A DNA stretch of 64,000 bases from Naegleria gruberi (Eukaryota): assembly GCA_000004985.1 (NCBI GenBank), contig GG738869.1, one strand, 5' to 3'. Position numbers and translations under genes: made by a program. Positions 44,238-54,835 of this stretch are shown one piece after another. A model generated the notes under the pieces. It had not been told where the DNA came from and did no database searches. It saw only the letters and a list, made by a program, of their open reading frames with translations. How positions within the stretch are numbered: position 1 is the first letter of the stretch; the number at the start of each line of letters is the position of its first letter.

Positions 44238-46073
44238 TTACGAAACTTTTATTCTTCCATAAAACAGAACATATGCTGAACTATCATTTGTGTTAAAGTA
44301 GTGTACATTCTTTACAGCACTATCGTTATATTCTATCCATTGTCCTTCTGCATTCCTCACTTGGCAAATGTAGTGCCCTCCTCGTAAACTTCCAAAATGT
44401 TTAATCACTCCCATTAGTTGATATGTTATTGGTTGATTGTTGTAAATCTTATCGGCAGCTTCTGGTGCTACGTAATTATTGAATTCTAATAATTCACAAA
44501 GATTAACTTGATCCAACAACTTTTGGTCATTGGAAAATCGTTTCAATTGTATTACTAAGACTTCAGGAACTCTAAAGAAAGACAATACTTTGGAAGTGTC
44601 CTGATGTTTTTTACACGAACTACAGTAAACTTGTTCAATTCCGCCCAAACACTCTTCTTCCGTAAACTTTAACAAACACTCCTCCAATGAAACATCTCTG
44701 TCATATGAAATATAGGACTTTCTCCCTCTTTTCAAATTGATGGGAAGGCAAATATCAAGGAATGGATCAAACGTTACTGATTGCCTTCCACACACCAAAC
44801 ACTTAATTTCAGATTTGAGTTGTCCAAGAAATAAATCAGTAACAAAACTACTGCTTCTCTCAATGTAATTTCGAAACCATCTGTTAGACTGGTCAATAAT
44901 GTTCTCGTTTGCTATATCTTCAAGCTCTTCATATTTTGGTTTTTCAACAATTCTGTTTGTATCTTCACTCAATCCATCTAGTACATATCTTAAAAACTCT
45001 TGAGAGTCTTGTTGATCATTTCCTCTGAAAAGGGAAGTGTATTGATTAAGAGTTCTTTTGAAATCAATTGGATTGACAGGGGTGTAAAGATCATCTACTG
45101 AGGTTAGAGAACGAAGAAGGGCAGAAAACTGTGTAGCCAAATTACCTTCCTTCTTTGGATTAATTTTGAATTGAGATAAAAAATAATCTCTTATTGGCTG
45201 AATTGAGCACAGACATTGTAAGGTTGAGTTCATGAAACAAGTGTTTCCAATATTTTTCAGTCCTCTATTTTTTCCGTATCCAAGTAAATAACTTGTTGTT
45301 GGTCTCTCTTCCTCTTCGCTTGATCCACTATCGTATTCAATATCACTCTTTGAGAGGGAAAGAAGGGATTCTGGTGTCGTAGAATTAAGTCCTCCTGTAT
45401 CAAAATAAGTTAAATGTGACTCTATATCTGATGTCGAGGAATTGATTTTTTGTTTGGATTTGAAAAAATTACTAACAACATTCTTGATGGAGGATGCTTT
45501 TTCAAGTTTCGAAGTTGGCCTTAGAACAGGTATTTTTGGTTTTTCCTCTTGTTTAGGCTGATTTAACGGAGGGAGAATTTTTCGGATCGATCTTGGTTGG
45601 GATTTTGATCTCTCTTTACTGTATTCAAAACTCATGTCAAGACTTCTATTCATATCTTGTTTCATGGTTGAATATTTGGGAGATTTATCTTCAGTAAAGG
45701 TGTAGTAATTTCCAAAGGTATCATTATTTCTTTTTGAAACAAGAGAGCTTGTTGGTCTTCTTTTAATTCCTCCATTAGAGAGGATTGAATAAGCAGAGGG
45801 TGTTTCATGTGTCTTATTAAGAGAAGATTTTATCGTTGTTGATTGTGTTGGTGTGGCTGTTGAAAATTGTTGTTGGGATTGATTCGCAAAATTGTATCTA
45901 TGGGAAAACTTTGAATTTATACTTGTAGGGGAGGTGATATTAGTTGGGGAAAGGGGTTGATTACTTCTTGGAGATGAAATTGAAGACACTTTCAAGGCTG
46001 ATGATCTTAATGAGGTGGCGTTTGATGACTGAGAATTAAATCTATTCCTCACCGGATTACTTGCGTGAATCAT
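44238..46073 (-). CDS. Ubiquitin carboxyl-terminal hydrolase (USP/UBP, C19 peptidase)
   Basis: Cys box GLKNIGNTCFMNSTLQCL and His box GHYICQVRNAEGQWIEYNDSAV...AYVLFY. An S/T-rich N-terminal half precedes the catalytic domain. Confidence 0.8.
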   Translation of the reverse strand: MIHASNPVRNRFNSQSSNATSLRSSALKVSSISSPRSNQPLSPTNITSPTSINSKFSHRYNFANQSQQQFSTATPTQSTTIKSSLNKTHETPSAYSILSNGGIKRRPTSSLVSKRNNDTFGNYYTFTEDKSPKYSTMKQDMNRSLDMSFEYSKERSKSQPRSIRKILPPLNQPKQEEKPKIPVLRPTSKLEKASSIKNVVSNFFKSKQKINSSTSDIESHLTYFDTGGLNSTTPESLLSLSKSDIEYDSGSSEEEERPTTSYLLGYGKNRGLKNIGNTCFMNSTLQCLCSIQPIRDYFLSQFKINPKKEGNLATQFSALLRSLTSVDDLYTPVNPIDFKRTLNQYTSLFRGNDQQDSQEFLRYVLDGLSEDTNRIVEKPKYEELEDIANENIIDQSNRWFRNYIERSSSFVTDLFLGQLKSEIKCLVCGRQSVTFDPFLDICLPINLKRGRKSYISYDRDVSLEECLLKFTEEECLGGIEQVYCSSCKKHQDTSKVLSFFRVPEVLVIQLKRFSNDQKLLDQVNLCELLEFNNYVAPEAADKIYNNQPITYQLMGVIKHFGSLRGGHYICQVRNAEGQWIEYNDSAVKNVHYFNTNDSSAYVLFYGRIKVS

Positions 46074-46436
46074 TGATAAGTTTGTTTCTCAATATCATAA
46101 TAATAAATTACAGTGATTAGATGATATCCAGTGATAAGGAATAAAAAGAATCCGAAATAAGTTTGATGAAGGAGTTTGCTTTTTTTTGAAAAAGTGTAAG
46201 AGTTTATGGCGCAATTTATTGAGGAGATGATCATCTCTAACGCAATTCATGACAATTCATCTCCACTCAATTGAAGTCAACTCAAGGCTTATTTTGAGGA
46301 AAAAACTCATTTGTGAGGATTCCTTTGTGCTTTGTTAGCCATTAAACTTTGTTTATCATGTTTATTATCCATTTTGAATGCAATTTCAACCATTCCTCAA
46401 TCAACAGAACTATTGAAATTGCACCACAACAAAAAA

Positions 46437-47447
46437 ATGCTCCACAACCAACAAGAAGAAAATTCTTCATCAAATACCAACAACACTGTTTCATCATCGG
46501 ATGAAAATATTCAAGTGAATCGTGAGAATATTGACAATTCACCACTCTTAGGAATGGTTTATTCTCACTTTAAAATTAGCCCATTTACAAATCCAACACT
46601 CTCACACATTGCCAAGTATGATGACAAACCTAAAACACCATGCCCACACTGTACAAAGAATAGAAAGTACTTTTGTTATGATTGTTGTACACCAATGATT
46701 GAAAATCCACCAACCATCTCTAAATTACCACTCCACTGTGTCATTATCCAACACAAACAAGAAAGAAAGGGTAAATCAACAGCCATTCATGCTAAAGTAG
46801 TTGCTCATTCAAGTGCTGATTTATATGAATTCCCAGATATTCCATCATTCCTTACACCACAAAATTGTGTTCTTGTCTATCCTTCAAAGACTGCTAGATT
46901 GGTTTCTCAATTATTTAAAAAGCCTACCGATGATAACAATACAACAACAACATCTTCATCATCAACCTCATCGGAAACAGCACCAACAATTAATGTTTCA
47001 ACATTGAAATATGCTGTATTCATTGATTCTACTTGGCCACAAGCGAAACAAATCTATCGTAATGAATTTGTTAAGAGTTTGCCATGTGTCATTATTGAAG
47101 AAAAGGAAACACTCTTTTGGAGATATCAAAGAGAAGGACAAAAGTTCCTGTCGACCATTGAAGCTATCTTTTACTTTTACAGAGAATATCTTCAAGCCTT
47201 AAATGAATATGGAGATGAAGAAACAAAACAATCCACTCCAAGTGATGTACCTTTGGAAAATTTACTCTACTATTATATTCATCAATATTGTTTGATACAG
47301 AGTTACTATGCAAAGGATTTAAATAAGAAGATTACAACAAAGAAGGCCGATAATCAGAATTACATCAAGTATGATTTGATGGGAGTTGCTGATGAAAATA
47401 ATTCTTCTAATTTAGAACCTCCACTCAAGAAATTAAAGGAAGATTAA
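46437..47447 (+). CDS. DTW-domain protein (DTWD1-like tRNA acp3U aminocarboxypropyltransferase family)
   Basis: CPHCTKNRKYFCYDCC zinc-ribbon-like motif and the DTW motif AVFIDSTWPQAKQI. The true ATG is at 46437; the track start is TTG. Confidence 0.6.
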   Translation: MLHNQQEENSSSNTNNTVSSSDENIQVNRENIDNSPLLGMVYSHFKISPFTNPTLSHIAKYDDKPKTPCPHCTKNRKYFCYDCCTPMIENPPTISKLPLHCVIIQHKQERKGKSTAIHAKVVAHSSADLYEFPDIPSFLTPQNCVLVYPSKTARLVSQLFKKPTDDNNTTTTSSSSTSSETAPTINVSTLKYAVFIDSTWPQAKQIYRNEFVKSLPCVIIEEKETLFWRYQREGQKFLSTIEAIFYFYREYLQALNEYGDEETKQSTPSDVPLENLLYYYIHQYCLIQSYYAKDLNKKITTKKADNQNYIKYDLMGVADENNSSNLEPPLKKLKED

Positions 47448-47631
47448 ATTATTCAATTTTACAATTATACTCATTTGTCTTTTTGATCATCAGCATAACT
47501 CATATTTGTAATTACATAAAGCAATAGGAGATGGATGATAATTTAACTTTTCGGAGATGATGAAAAATCTTTAAAAAAATATTCAAAAGCCTTCTTCTCT
47601 CTTTGTAAATCTTCTTCATCAACAAGACATT

Positions 47632-48648
47632 ATGCAAAGCGTGGAAATTCAATTAAAAAAGGCTGATCGTACCTATTTCTCAGGTGAAAAAGTTAGAGGA
47701 GTTGTAAAAATTAATGCCAAACAAGGTGGATTTAAATCATCGGCAATTAATTTAAAGGTAGAAGGAACAGTATCATTTCAATATAGCGGAACTAGTAATG
47801 TGAATATATTTGATGTTGTGATGAATTCATTTAAACCAATTAAATTAATTGATTTACAAATACAATTGGATAAAGGAGGTACTAAATTCCCAAGTGGAAA
47901 CACTGATATTCCTTTTGAATTTGTTTTACAACCTTTAAATAAGAAAATACCACTCTATGAAACTTATGCTGGTGTCTATTTATCATGCCGTTATAAGATT
48001 TCATGTGAAGTCAAGATGGGTCTTTTCAGTAAGGATCAAAACACATCTGTTGACTTTACAGTTTATAATAGAGGACAAGGTGTTGCAATTGCTAGAAATT
48101 TATCATTATTAACATCAAATGATTCACAACAAATTGAAGCTCTTCCAGAAGAAACAAATATTGTAATTCCTAAACAAATTAAGCAATTTCTTCTCACTCC
48201 TCAAACATTACAAAATGTTATACGTCAAAATGTAACTGGTATTCCAGAATATGAAATTAGAGGATTTGTTTCTGATACTATTTGTGATATTACTGACCCA
48301 TTGGATGGAGAAATTGAAATTGTAAAATCATCTTCCAGAATTAAATCTCTCGAAGTTCAATTAGTCAGAGTTGAAAGTTGCAGTGTTGAAGGAGGAAACA
48401 TGATAAAGGAAGCAACAGAAATTCAAAATATTCAAATGGGAGAAGGAAATGTTTGTAAAGGGTTGAAGATTCCAATCTACATGATTTTCCCAAGATTATT
48501 CACATGTCCTACTTTAATTGGTGCTAATTTCAGAATTCAATTCGAAATTAACATTATTGTAATTTTTGCTGACGGATATCAAATTACAGAGAATATTCCA
48601 ATCATTCTTTATCGTAAACATGACGATAACAAGAAATACATTATTTAA
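47632..48648 (+). CDS. VPS26C / DSCR3 (retriever complex, arrestin-fold)
   Basis: VEIQLKKADRTYFSGEKVRGVVKI, KFPSGNTDIPFEFVL and LYETYAGVYLSCRYKISCEVKMGLFSKD align closely to human DSCR3 LDIKIKRANKVYHAGEVLSGVVVI / KFPSGKTEIPFEFPL / LYETYHGVFVNIQYTLRCDMKRSLLAKD. Confidence 0.75.
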   Translation: MQSVEIQLKKADRTYFSGEKVRGVVKINAKQGGFKSSAINLKVEGTVSFQYSGTSNVNIFDVVMNSFKPIKLIDLQIQLDKGGTKFPSGNTDIPFEFVLQPLNKKIPLYETYAGVYLSCRYKISCEVKMGLFSKDQNTSVDFTVYNRGQGVAIARNLSLLTSNDSQQIEALPEETNIVIPKQIKQFLLTPQTLQNVIRQNVTGIPEYEIRGFVSDTICDITDPLDGEIEIVKSSSRIKSLEVQLVRVESCSVEGGNMIKEATEIQNIQMGEGNVCKGLKIPIYMIFPRLFTCPTLIGANFRIQFEINIIVIFADGYQITENIPIILYRKHDDNKKYII

Positions 48649-48659
48649 ATAAAAAACAT

Positions 48660-50036
48660 TTAGAGACTTGACTTTTTAATGACTCCCTTTTGAATACCAA
48701 CTTCAATGAAAGCATCAATAGCTCTTTGAACTTGTTCTGTGGTATGTCCAGCAGATAATTGAACTCTGATACGAGCCATATCTCTTGGAACAACTGGGAA
48801 TGAGAAACCAATAACGTAAATTCCTCTCTTGAGCATTTCATCAGCGAATTCACTTGCCAAACGAGCATCTCTCAACATGACAGGACAGATTGGACAAGAA
48901 TCATCACCAAGAATTTCAAAACCAGCCTTCTTCATGCCTTCTCTGAAAAGCTTAGTATTATCCATAAGTCTATCTCTCAAAGTAGTATCCTTTGAAATCA
49001 TTTCAAAGACCTTCAATGAAGCACCAACAACAGCTGGAGCCAAAGAGTTAGAGAAGAGGTATGGACGAGCACGTTGTCTCAAAAGATCAATAACTTCCTT
49101 CTTACCAGTAGTGTAACCACCAGTTGCACCACCCAAAGCTTTACCCAAAGTTGAGTTAATAATATCAATCTTTCCTTCAAGTCCAAAATGTTCTGGAGTA
49201 CCACGACCAGTCTTACCAAAGCTTAACAAAATTGTGTGTGAAATTTTCAATCTCAATAAAAATACTTACAATCCAGTAGCGTGACATTCATCAATGAAAA
49301 TAATTGCCTTGTACTTTTCAGCGAGAGCAACAATTTCATGAAGTGGAGCAACATCACCATCCATACTGAAAACACCATCGGTGGCGATCAATCTAGTACG
49401 AGCATCTTGAGTTTCTTGTAAAATCTTTTCCAATTCAGCCATATCCATATGCTTATATCTGTAACGACGAGCCTTACACAAACGAATACCATCAATAATG
49501 GAAGCATGATTCAAAGCATCACTGATAACAGCATCTTCTTCAGTGAGTAAACATTCAAACAAACCACCATTGGCATCAAAACAACTTGGATATAAAATTG
49601 TGTCTTCAGTTCCGTGGAATTCAGAAATCTTTTGTTCTAATTCCTTGTGAATATCTTGAGTACCACAAATAAATCTGACAGAACTCAATCCACAACCATG
49701 AGTATCCAATGCCTTCTTAGCTGCTTTGATAAGATCTGGATGATCACTCAATCCCAAATAATTGTTAGCACAGAAATTCAAAACTTCAGTGGTACCAGTT
49801 TGAGATGTTGTAATTTTAGAGGCTTGTGGTGAAGTAATAATACGTTCCTTCTTGTATGTTCCGGCTTCTTTAATATCATTTAATTGTTTTTCAATAATTG
49901 GTTTAAGATGTTCATTATAAATAGCATTATTATTATTTGTAGTTGATGATGAAAATTGTCTCATGATGATTGATGATGTTGGGAGGTTATTCTTTCTGAT
50001 GAGTGAGTGGATAATGGAAGCGGAGACTCTTTGCAT
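48660..50036 (-). CDS. 2-amino-3-ketobutyrate CoA ligase (glycine C-acetyltransferase, KBL/GCAT), mitochondrial
   Basis: Two exons (50036..49270, 49221..48660) with a 48-nt GTAAGT...AAG intron. It is near-collinear with E. coli Kbl ([64 protein letters not shown]). The N-terminal presequence is [18 protein letters not shown]. Confidence 0.85.
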
Positions 50037-50289
50037 TTTTTTTTAAAGACGTCCATTAAAATGAGCCTAAGGTTCAATTATGAGCCTAGTTTTTTTGCCC
50101 TGAGTCAGAGTTTACAATATTATAAATTATTTACTCAGTTTTCAAACAATTTGAAATAATAAATAAATATTCTTATTCATTTACATATTCCAAGCAGAAT
50201 CAAAATAAAGATTAAAATTTTAAAAAAAAGAATTAAAAATTAATGAGGGAACCACAAGTTTTTTTAAAAATATTTGATGCGCAATTGTT

Positions 50290-50470
50290 TGCGAGTTAAC
50301 CTACTCCAATAAGGTATGTCAATCACCCTCTCTTATGTTGCTGTCTGTTTCAGTTGTAGAGAAGCATTCAGCGTCGAAGGATAGGCATAAGAAGCCACTC
50401 TAAGACAGTTCCTTGGTACCTCTCAGAGATTGTGCCTTGTAATTCATTCAGAGTTGATACATTTTACCTT
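50290..50470. other. GC-richer noncoding island between divergent GCAT and ClpB genes (candidate ncRNA or spliced leader exon)
   Basis: No ORF longer than 15 codons on either strand. It contains a consensus mini-intron GTATGT...TTTCAG (50313-50352) on the + strand and a TGATGC motif. Its base composition is unlike the flanking AT-rich DNA. Confidence 0.25.
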
Positions 50471-50583
50471 TTTCACAAATCAATTGAATTTCTCGGAAGC
50501 AAAAAAACAAATTCCGAACCTATTTTTATCTCAAATTTAAAAGCTCAAGATTCCACTTAATTCTATTTTTCAATTTGAAAAAA

Positions 50584-53034
50584 ATGATTAAAAGGCTTGT
50601 TAATAATACTCAATCAACACACAAATTGATTGGAAAGCAATGCGGACATTCATTGAGCAAATTTAATCCATCACCACTGATTGGCTTATCATTTAATTCT
50701 ATTGGTGGTATTAATAGTAGTAGTATTAATAGAAGTGGTAGCAATGTGTCAAGCTTTGGTAATAATCATTTCGGATCAATTGTGTCACAAATTAAATCCT
50801 ATCATACATCTCAATCTAATAGATTCGGAATGGGAGGAGGAAAGATGCCATGGCAAGAGACACAGTATGAAAAGGGAGAAGCCTTGAAAAAGTTTGGTAC
50901 AGATTTAACAGAAGAAGCTAGAAAGGGTAAATTGTATCCAATCATTGGTAGAGATGATGTAATTCGTAAGATATTACAAGTTCTATCAAGACAAACAAAG
51001 AGTAATCCAATCATAACAGGTGTTCAAGGTTGTGGTAAAACAGCTGTATTGGAAGGATTAGCTCAAAGAATTGTAAAAGGTGAAGTGCCTGATTCAATTA
51101 AGAATAAGAGATTAATAGCATTGGATTTGGCATCCATCATTTCTGGTAGTAAATTTAGAGGTGAATTTGAAGAACGTGTACAGGCAATTCTAAGAGATGT
51201 TAAGGAACATCAGGGAGAAATTATTCTATTCATTGATGAAATTCACATGATTGTAAGTGCTGGTAGTGCTCAAGGTTCTCTTGATATGGCAAATATGTTA
51301 AAACCATATTTAGCAAGAGGAGAACTTCATTGTATTGGTGCTACAACTTTGGATGAATATAGATTATATATTGAAAAAGATAAGGCACTTGCACGTAGAT
51401 TTGAACAAGTCACATTGAGTGAACCAACTGTTATTGATACAATTGCAATGTTGAGAGGTAGAAAGGCTAACCTGGAAGCTCACCATGGTGTTAGAATTAC
51501 AGATTCTGCCATTGTTCAAGCTGCTATTTTATCAGATCGTTATATTACTGATAGATTTTTACCTGATAAGGCAATTGATTTAATTGATGAATCATGTGCC
51601 TGTATTAAATTAGAGCAAGAATCAAAACCAGAAGCATTGGAAAAAATTGATCGTTCAATTATCATTTCACGTATTGAATTGGAATCTTTGAGAAATGAAC
51701 AAGATCCAGCAAGTATTGAAAGAAGAAAGAAAGTTGAAAAGAAAATTGAAGAAGAACAACGTGAAAGTGATAGACTCTCAAATATTTGGTATCAAGAAAG
51801 AGAAAAATTATTGAAAGCTAAAGAGTTGAAACAAAAATTAGTTAATTTGGGAAAGGAATTGGAAGAAGCTTTGAGAAAATCAGATTTCCAAACAGCTTCT
51901 GCATTGAAATACAAGACAATTCCAGATTTAAAGAAGGAAATTGAACAATCTTCAGTTGGATTCAAAATGATGAGTGATAGTGTACAAGTTGAAGATATTT
52001 CAAGAATTATTTCAAGAAAGACTGGTATTCCACTTGAAAGCTTAATGACTTCTGAAAAGGATAAATTGCTTCACATGGAAGAACACTTAGCTCAACAAGT
52101 TATTGGTCAACCAGAAGCTATCAGAGCTATTTGTAATACCATCAGAGTTTCTAGAGCTGGTCTCAGTGATCCAAAGAGACCACTTGGTTCATTCTGCTTC
52201 TTAGGTAGCTCAGGAGTGGGTAAAACATGGATTACAAAACAATTAGCTAAATTCCTATTCAATGATGAAAATGCTATGGTCAGAATTGATTGTTCCGAAT
52301 TAATGGAACCACATTCTGTCTCTAAATTAGTAGGATCACCACCTGGTTATGTTGGTTATGAAGATGCACCACAATTAACTGAATCAATTAGAAGAAAACC
52401 ATATCAGATTGTTTTATTTGATGAAATCGAGAAGGCTCACAAGGATGTTTTGAATATTTTACTTCAAATTCTTGATGAAGGTCACATTACAGATTCACAT
52501 GGTAATCATGTTAACTTTAAGAATACTATTGTTGTCATGACAAGTAATGTTGGATCTGAAATATTTACAAATTTACCTGAAGGTGTTCCATCTTATCAAG
52601 CCAAAGATGATGTTTCACAAGTTCTCAGACACTACTTTAGACCTGAATTTTTAAATCGTATTGATAATATTATTTACTTTAATAGATTGGGTAAAGAAAG
52701 TATGAGAAAGATTATTGATTTACAATTGGATGTAATTGAAAAACAATTGAGAGAAAGAAGAATGCTCCTTCAAGTAACACCAAGTGGAAGAGAATTCCTA
52801 TCACGTGTTGGTTATGATATTTATTTTGGTGCTAGACCTTTAAAGAGAGCTATTCAAGTTCACTTGTTAAATCAATTGGCAACTTTATTATTGGAAGGTC
52901 AAGTTAAGGAAAATTCTGAAATACTTGTTGATTACGTTCCTGGAAAATTGAATGAAGATGGTGAAGAAACTTTACAAATTACTGGAAAGATTTTACCTGA
53001 ACAAATTGTTGAAACTAATGTTGAAAGAGATTAA
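50584..53034 (+). CDS. ClpB/Hsp104-family AAA+ disaggregase, Hsp78-type (mitochondrial), lacking the N-domain
   Basis: Two AAA modules ([10 protein letters not shown] Walker A; second GSSGVGKT), an M-domain coiled coil and ClpB NBD2 signature motifs. The true ATG is at 50584. The N-terminal presequence is [24 protein letters not shown]. Confidence 0.8.
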   Translation: MIKRLVNNTQSTHKLIGKQCGHSLSKFNPSPLIGLSFNSIGGINSSSINRSGSNVSSFGNNHFGSIVSQIKSYHTSQSNRFGMGGGKMPWQETQYEKGEALKKFGTDLTEEARKGKLYPIIGRDDVIRKILQVLSRQTKSNPIITGVQGCGKTAVLEGLAQRIVKGEVPDSIKNKRLIALDLASIISGSKFRGEFEERVQAILRDVKEHQGEIILFIDEIHMIVSAGSAQGSLDMANMLKPYLARGELHCIGATTLDEYRLYIEKDKALARRFEQVTLSEPTVIDTIAMLRGRKANLEAHHGVRITDSAIVQAAILSDRYITDRFLPDKAIDLIDESCACIKLEQESKPEALEKIDRSIIISRIELESLRNEQDPASIERRKKVEKKIEEEQRESDRLSNIWYQEREKLLKAKELKQKLVNLGKELEEALRKSDFQTASALKYKTIPDLKKEIEQSSVGFKMMSDSVQVEDISRIISRKTGIPLESLMTSEKDKLLHMEEHLAQQVIGQPEAIRAICNTIRVSRAGLSDPKRPLGSFCFLGSSGVGKTWITKQLAKFLFNDENAMVRIDCSELMEPHSVSKLVGSPPGYVGYEDAPQLTESIRRKPYQIVLFDEIEKAHKDVLNILLQILDEGHITDSHGNHVNFKNTIVVMTSNVGSEIFTNLPEGVPSYQAKDDVSQVLRHYFRPEFLNRIDNIIYFNRLGKESMRKIIDLQLDVIEKQLRERRMLLQVTPSGREFLSRVGYDIYFGARPLKRAIQVHLLNQLATLLLEGQVKENSEILVDYVPGKLNEDGEETLQITGKILPEQIVETNVERD

Positions 53035-53197
53035 GAATCAACACTTATGTAAATATTATTGAATAATTCAAAGACATTCCCAGTTAACTGAATGGTATTT
53101 AGATGAGAAGAAGTGAAAGCAAATCTCACATTTCTAATGAAAGACAAATATTCCAATAAAATGTCAAACAGATGTTGCAATGTAATAATTTACTCTT

Positions 53198-54373
53198 TTA
53201 TTCTAAACACAATCTTTTCATATCTTCCAAAATTGAGCAACAAACTTCTTCGCTTCTCCTTCCAAGTCCACAACTAGTCGCAACACCAATTGGATATTTG
53301 AAGCTCTTACAAATATCAGAAATGTGTTTCAAAATGAGACTTTGATTTTCCTTTGAGGATTTTTCATGAATAAATCCAGCATGATATTGAATTTGATTAT
53401 TAAGATCTCCAAGTGGTTCATAAAACTTTCTATCAACACTTGGTTCAATATCACCCTCAGCAAGTGGTAAATGAATAAATTCAATACTTCTATCATATGG
53501 GAATATGTAAACTAAATTATTTGAGAAATTGACAATTGACTGAACGTTCTCATCCTTTGAAAGATTAATAGAAGCCTTATTATTAATATCTCCCAAACAA
53601 ATGTGAAAACCTATTGGAATATCCTTATCAATTTTAGAAACTAAATGTGAAATTGATTCCATAGCCCACATTCTGAATAATGGAAATTGATAATACATTG
53701 TAAATTCAATAGGAAGTTCAATTTGAACTACAAAGTCAACTGTACCACTTTCTTTAATGGAAATCTTTTTCATTTCATTAACTTCATAAGCAATTCTATC
53801 AATATTAAATAAGCAATCAGAAGATCTACATAAAATAACTTACCTATCATTGAATGATTTGTAAGTCCACCAAGACCAAAATAAACTCTTTGTTAGTGAT
53901 AAAGAAATGGCAAGACCAGTCGGAATTCCAACTTGAAATTTCACATTTGATTTCAAATTATTTTCACTTGCCAACTTTTTAAAAGTAGGAAAACTCTTTT
54001 CAAAATATTCCAAATAAGTTAGAGGCATATCTAGAATAAATCCAGTTGACCAACTTTTAGGTCTAAATTCAGGTAAATACTTAAAATCCACAGGAAAACC
54101 CTTTTCATTCAAAACTGGAGTTTCCTTCATTGGAAGAGAATACCATTTATCTGTAAAATGATCCAAAATTCTCTTTATAATAATTTGAACCCAACTCTGA
54201 CGATCACCACCAGTGAAACGTTCACTCTTCTCACCAATTTCACCATCAGGAATTGTCTTGAGAAGAATTCCAAATTTTTCAATGCATGTTTTTAAGGCTA
54301 CTGATTCACTTTCTAATGGTAAACTACCAACAAGATGACAACAACGACAATGTGTTGAATTTATCATGCTCAT
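53198..54373 (-). CDS. Stand-alone MetE-like (cobalamin-independent methionine synthase C-terminal/UROD-like) protein
   Basis: Two exons (54373..53844, 53795..53198) with a 48-nt intron. Putative zinc ligands IGFHICLGD (His-x-Cys) and GVATSCGLGRR (Cys) sit in a roughly 375-aa MetE-C-like fold. The assignment is tentative. Confidence 0.4.
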
Positions 54374-54835
54374 GTTATTTTGATGGAATTTATATAGATT
54401 GTTAGGAGGGAGTTGTGAGTTGTTTGTTGTTTTTTTTTCAATGAGTTCTTGTGATGGTGGTAATTGTGTGTTGTGAATTTAAATGAATGAGGAAAATGTA
54501 CGCAGCACCCGACAAAACCAATCAAATAAAAATTGTCTTATTACAATGAATAATAAACGTTTCCTGGTGATTCATTTGTACTAAATTGGAAGAACTATTG
54601 TGATAGGATTTTCAATATCTATATCGAACCTTCAGTTGGAAGAATGGTGTAAAGATTTTCAATAATTATTTGTTAAAGAGCTTTGAAAGATTGGAATTCA
54701 AGTTGATAATCTTGGTAACCTTATCTATGGCTGAACAAAAACTGAATGGTTTTACCAAACATTTAAAAGAGGCAATTACCGTCTCCAAAGATATATTCCA
54801 AATTAAAACAATCGCATAAAACATTTTTTGAAAAA

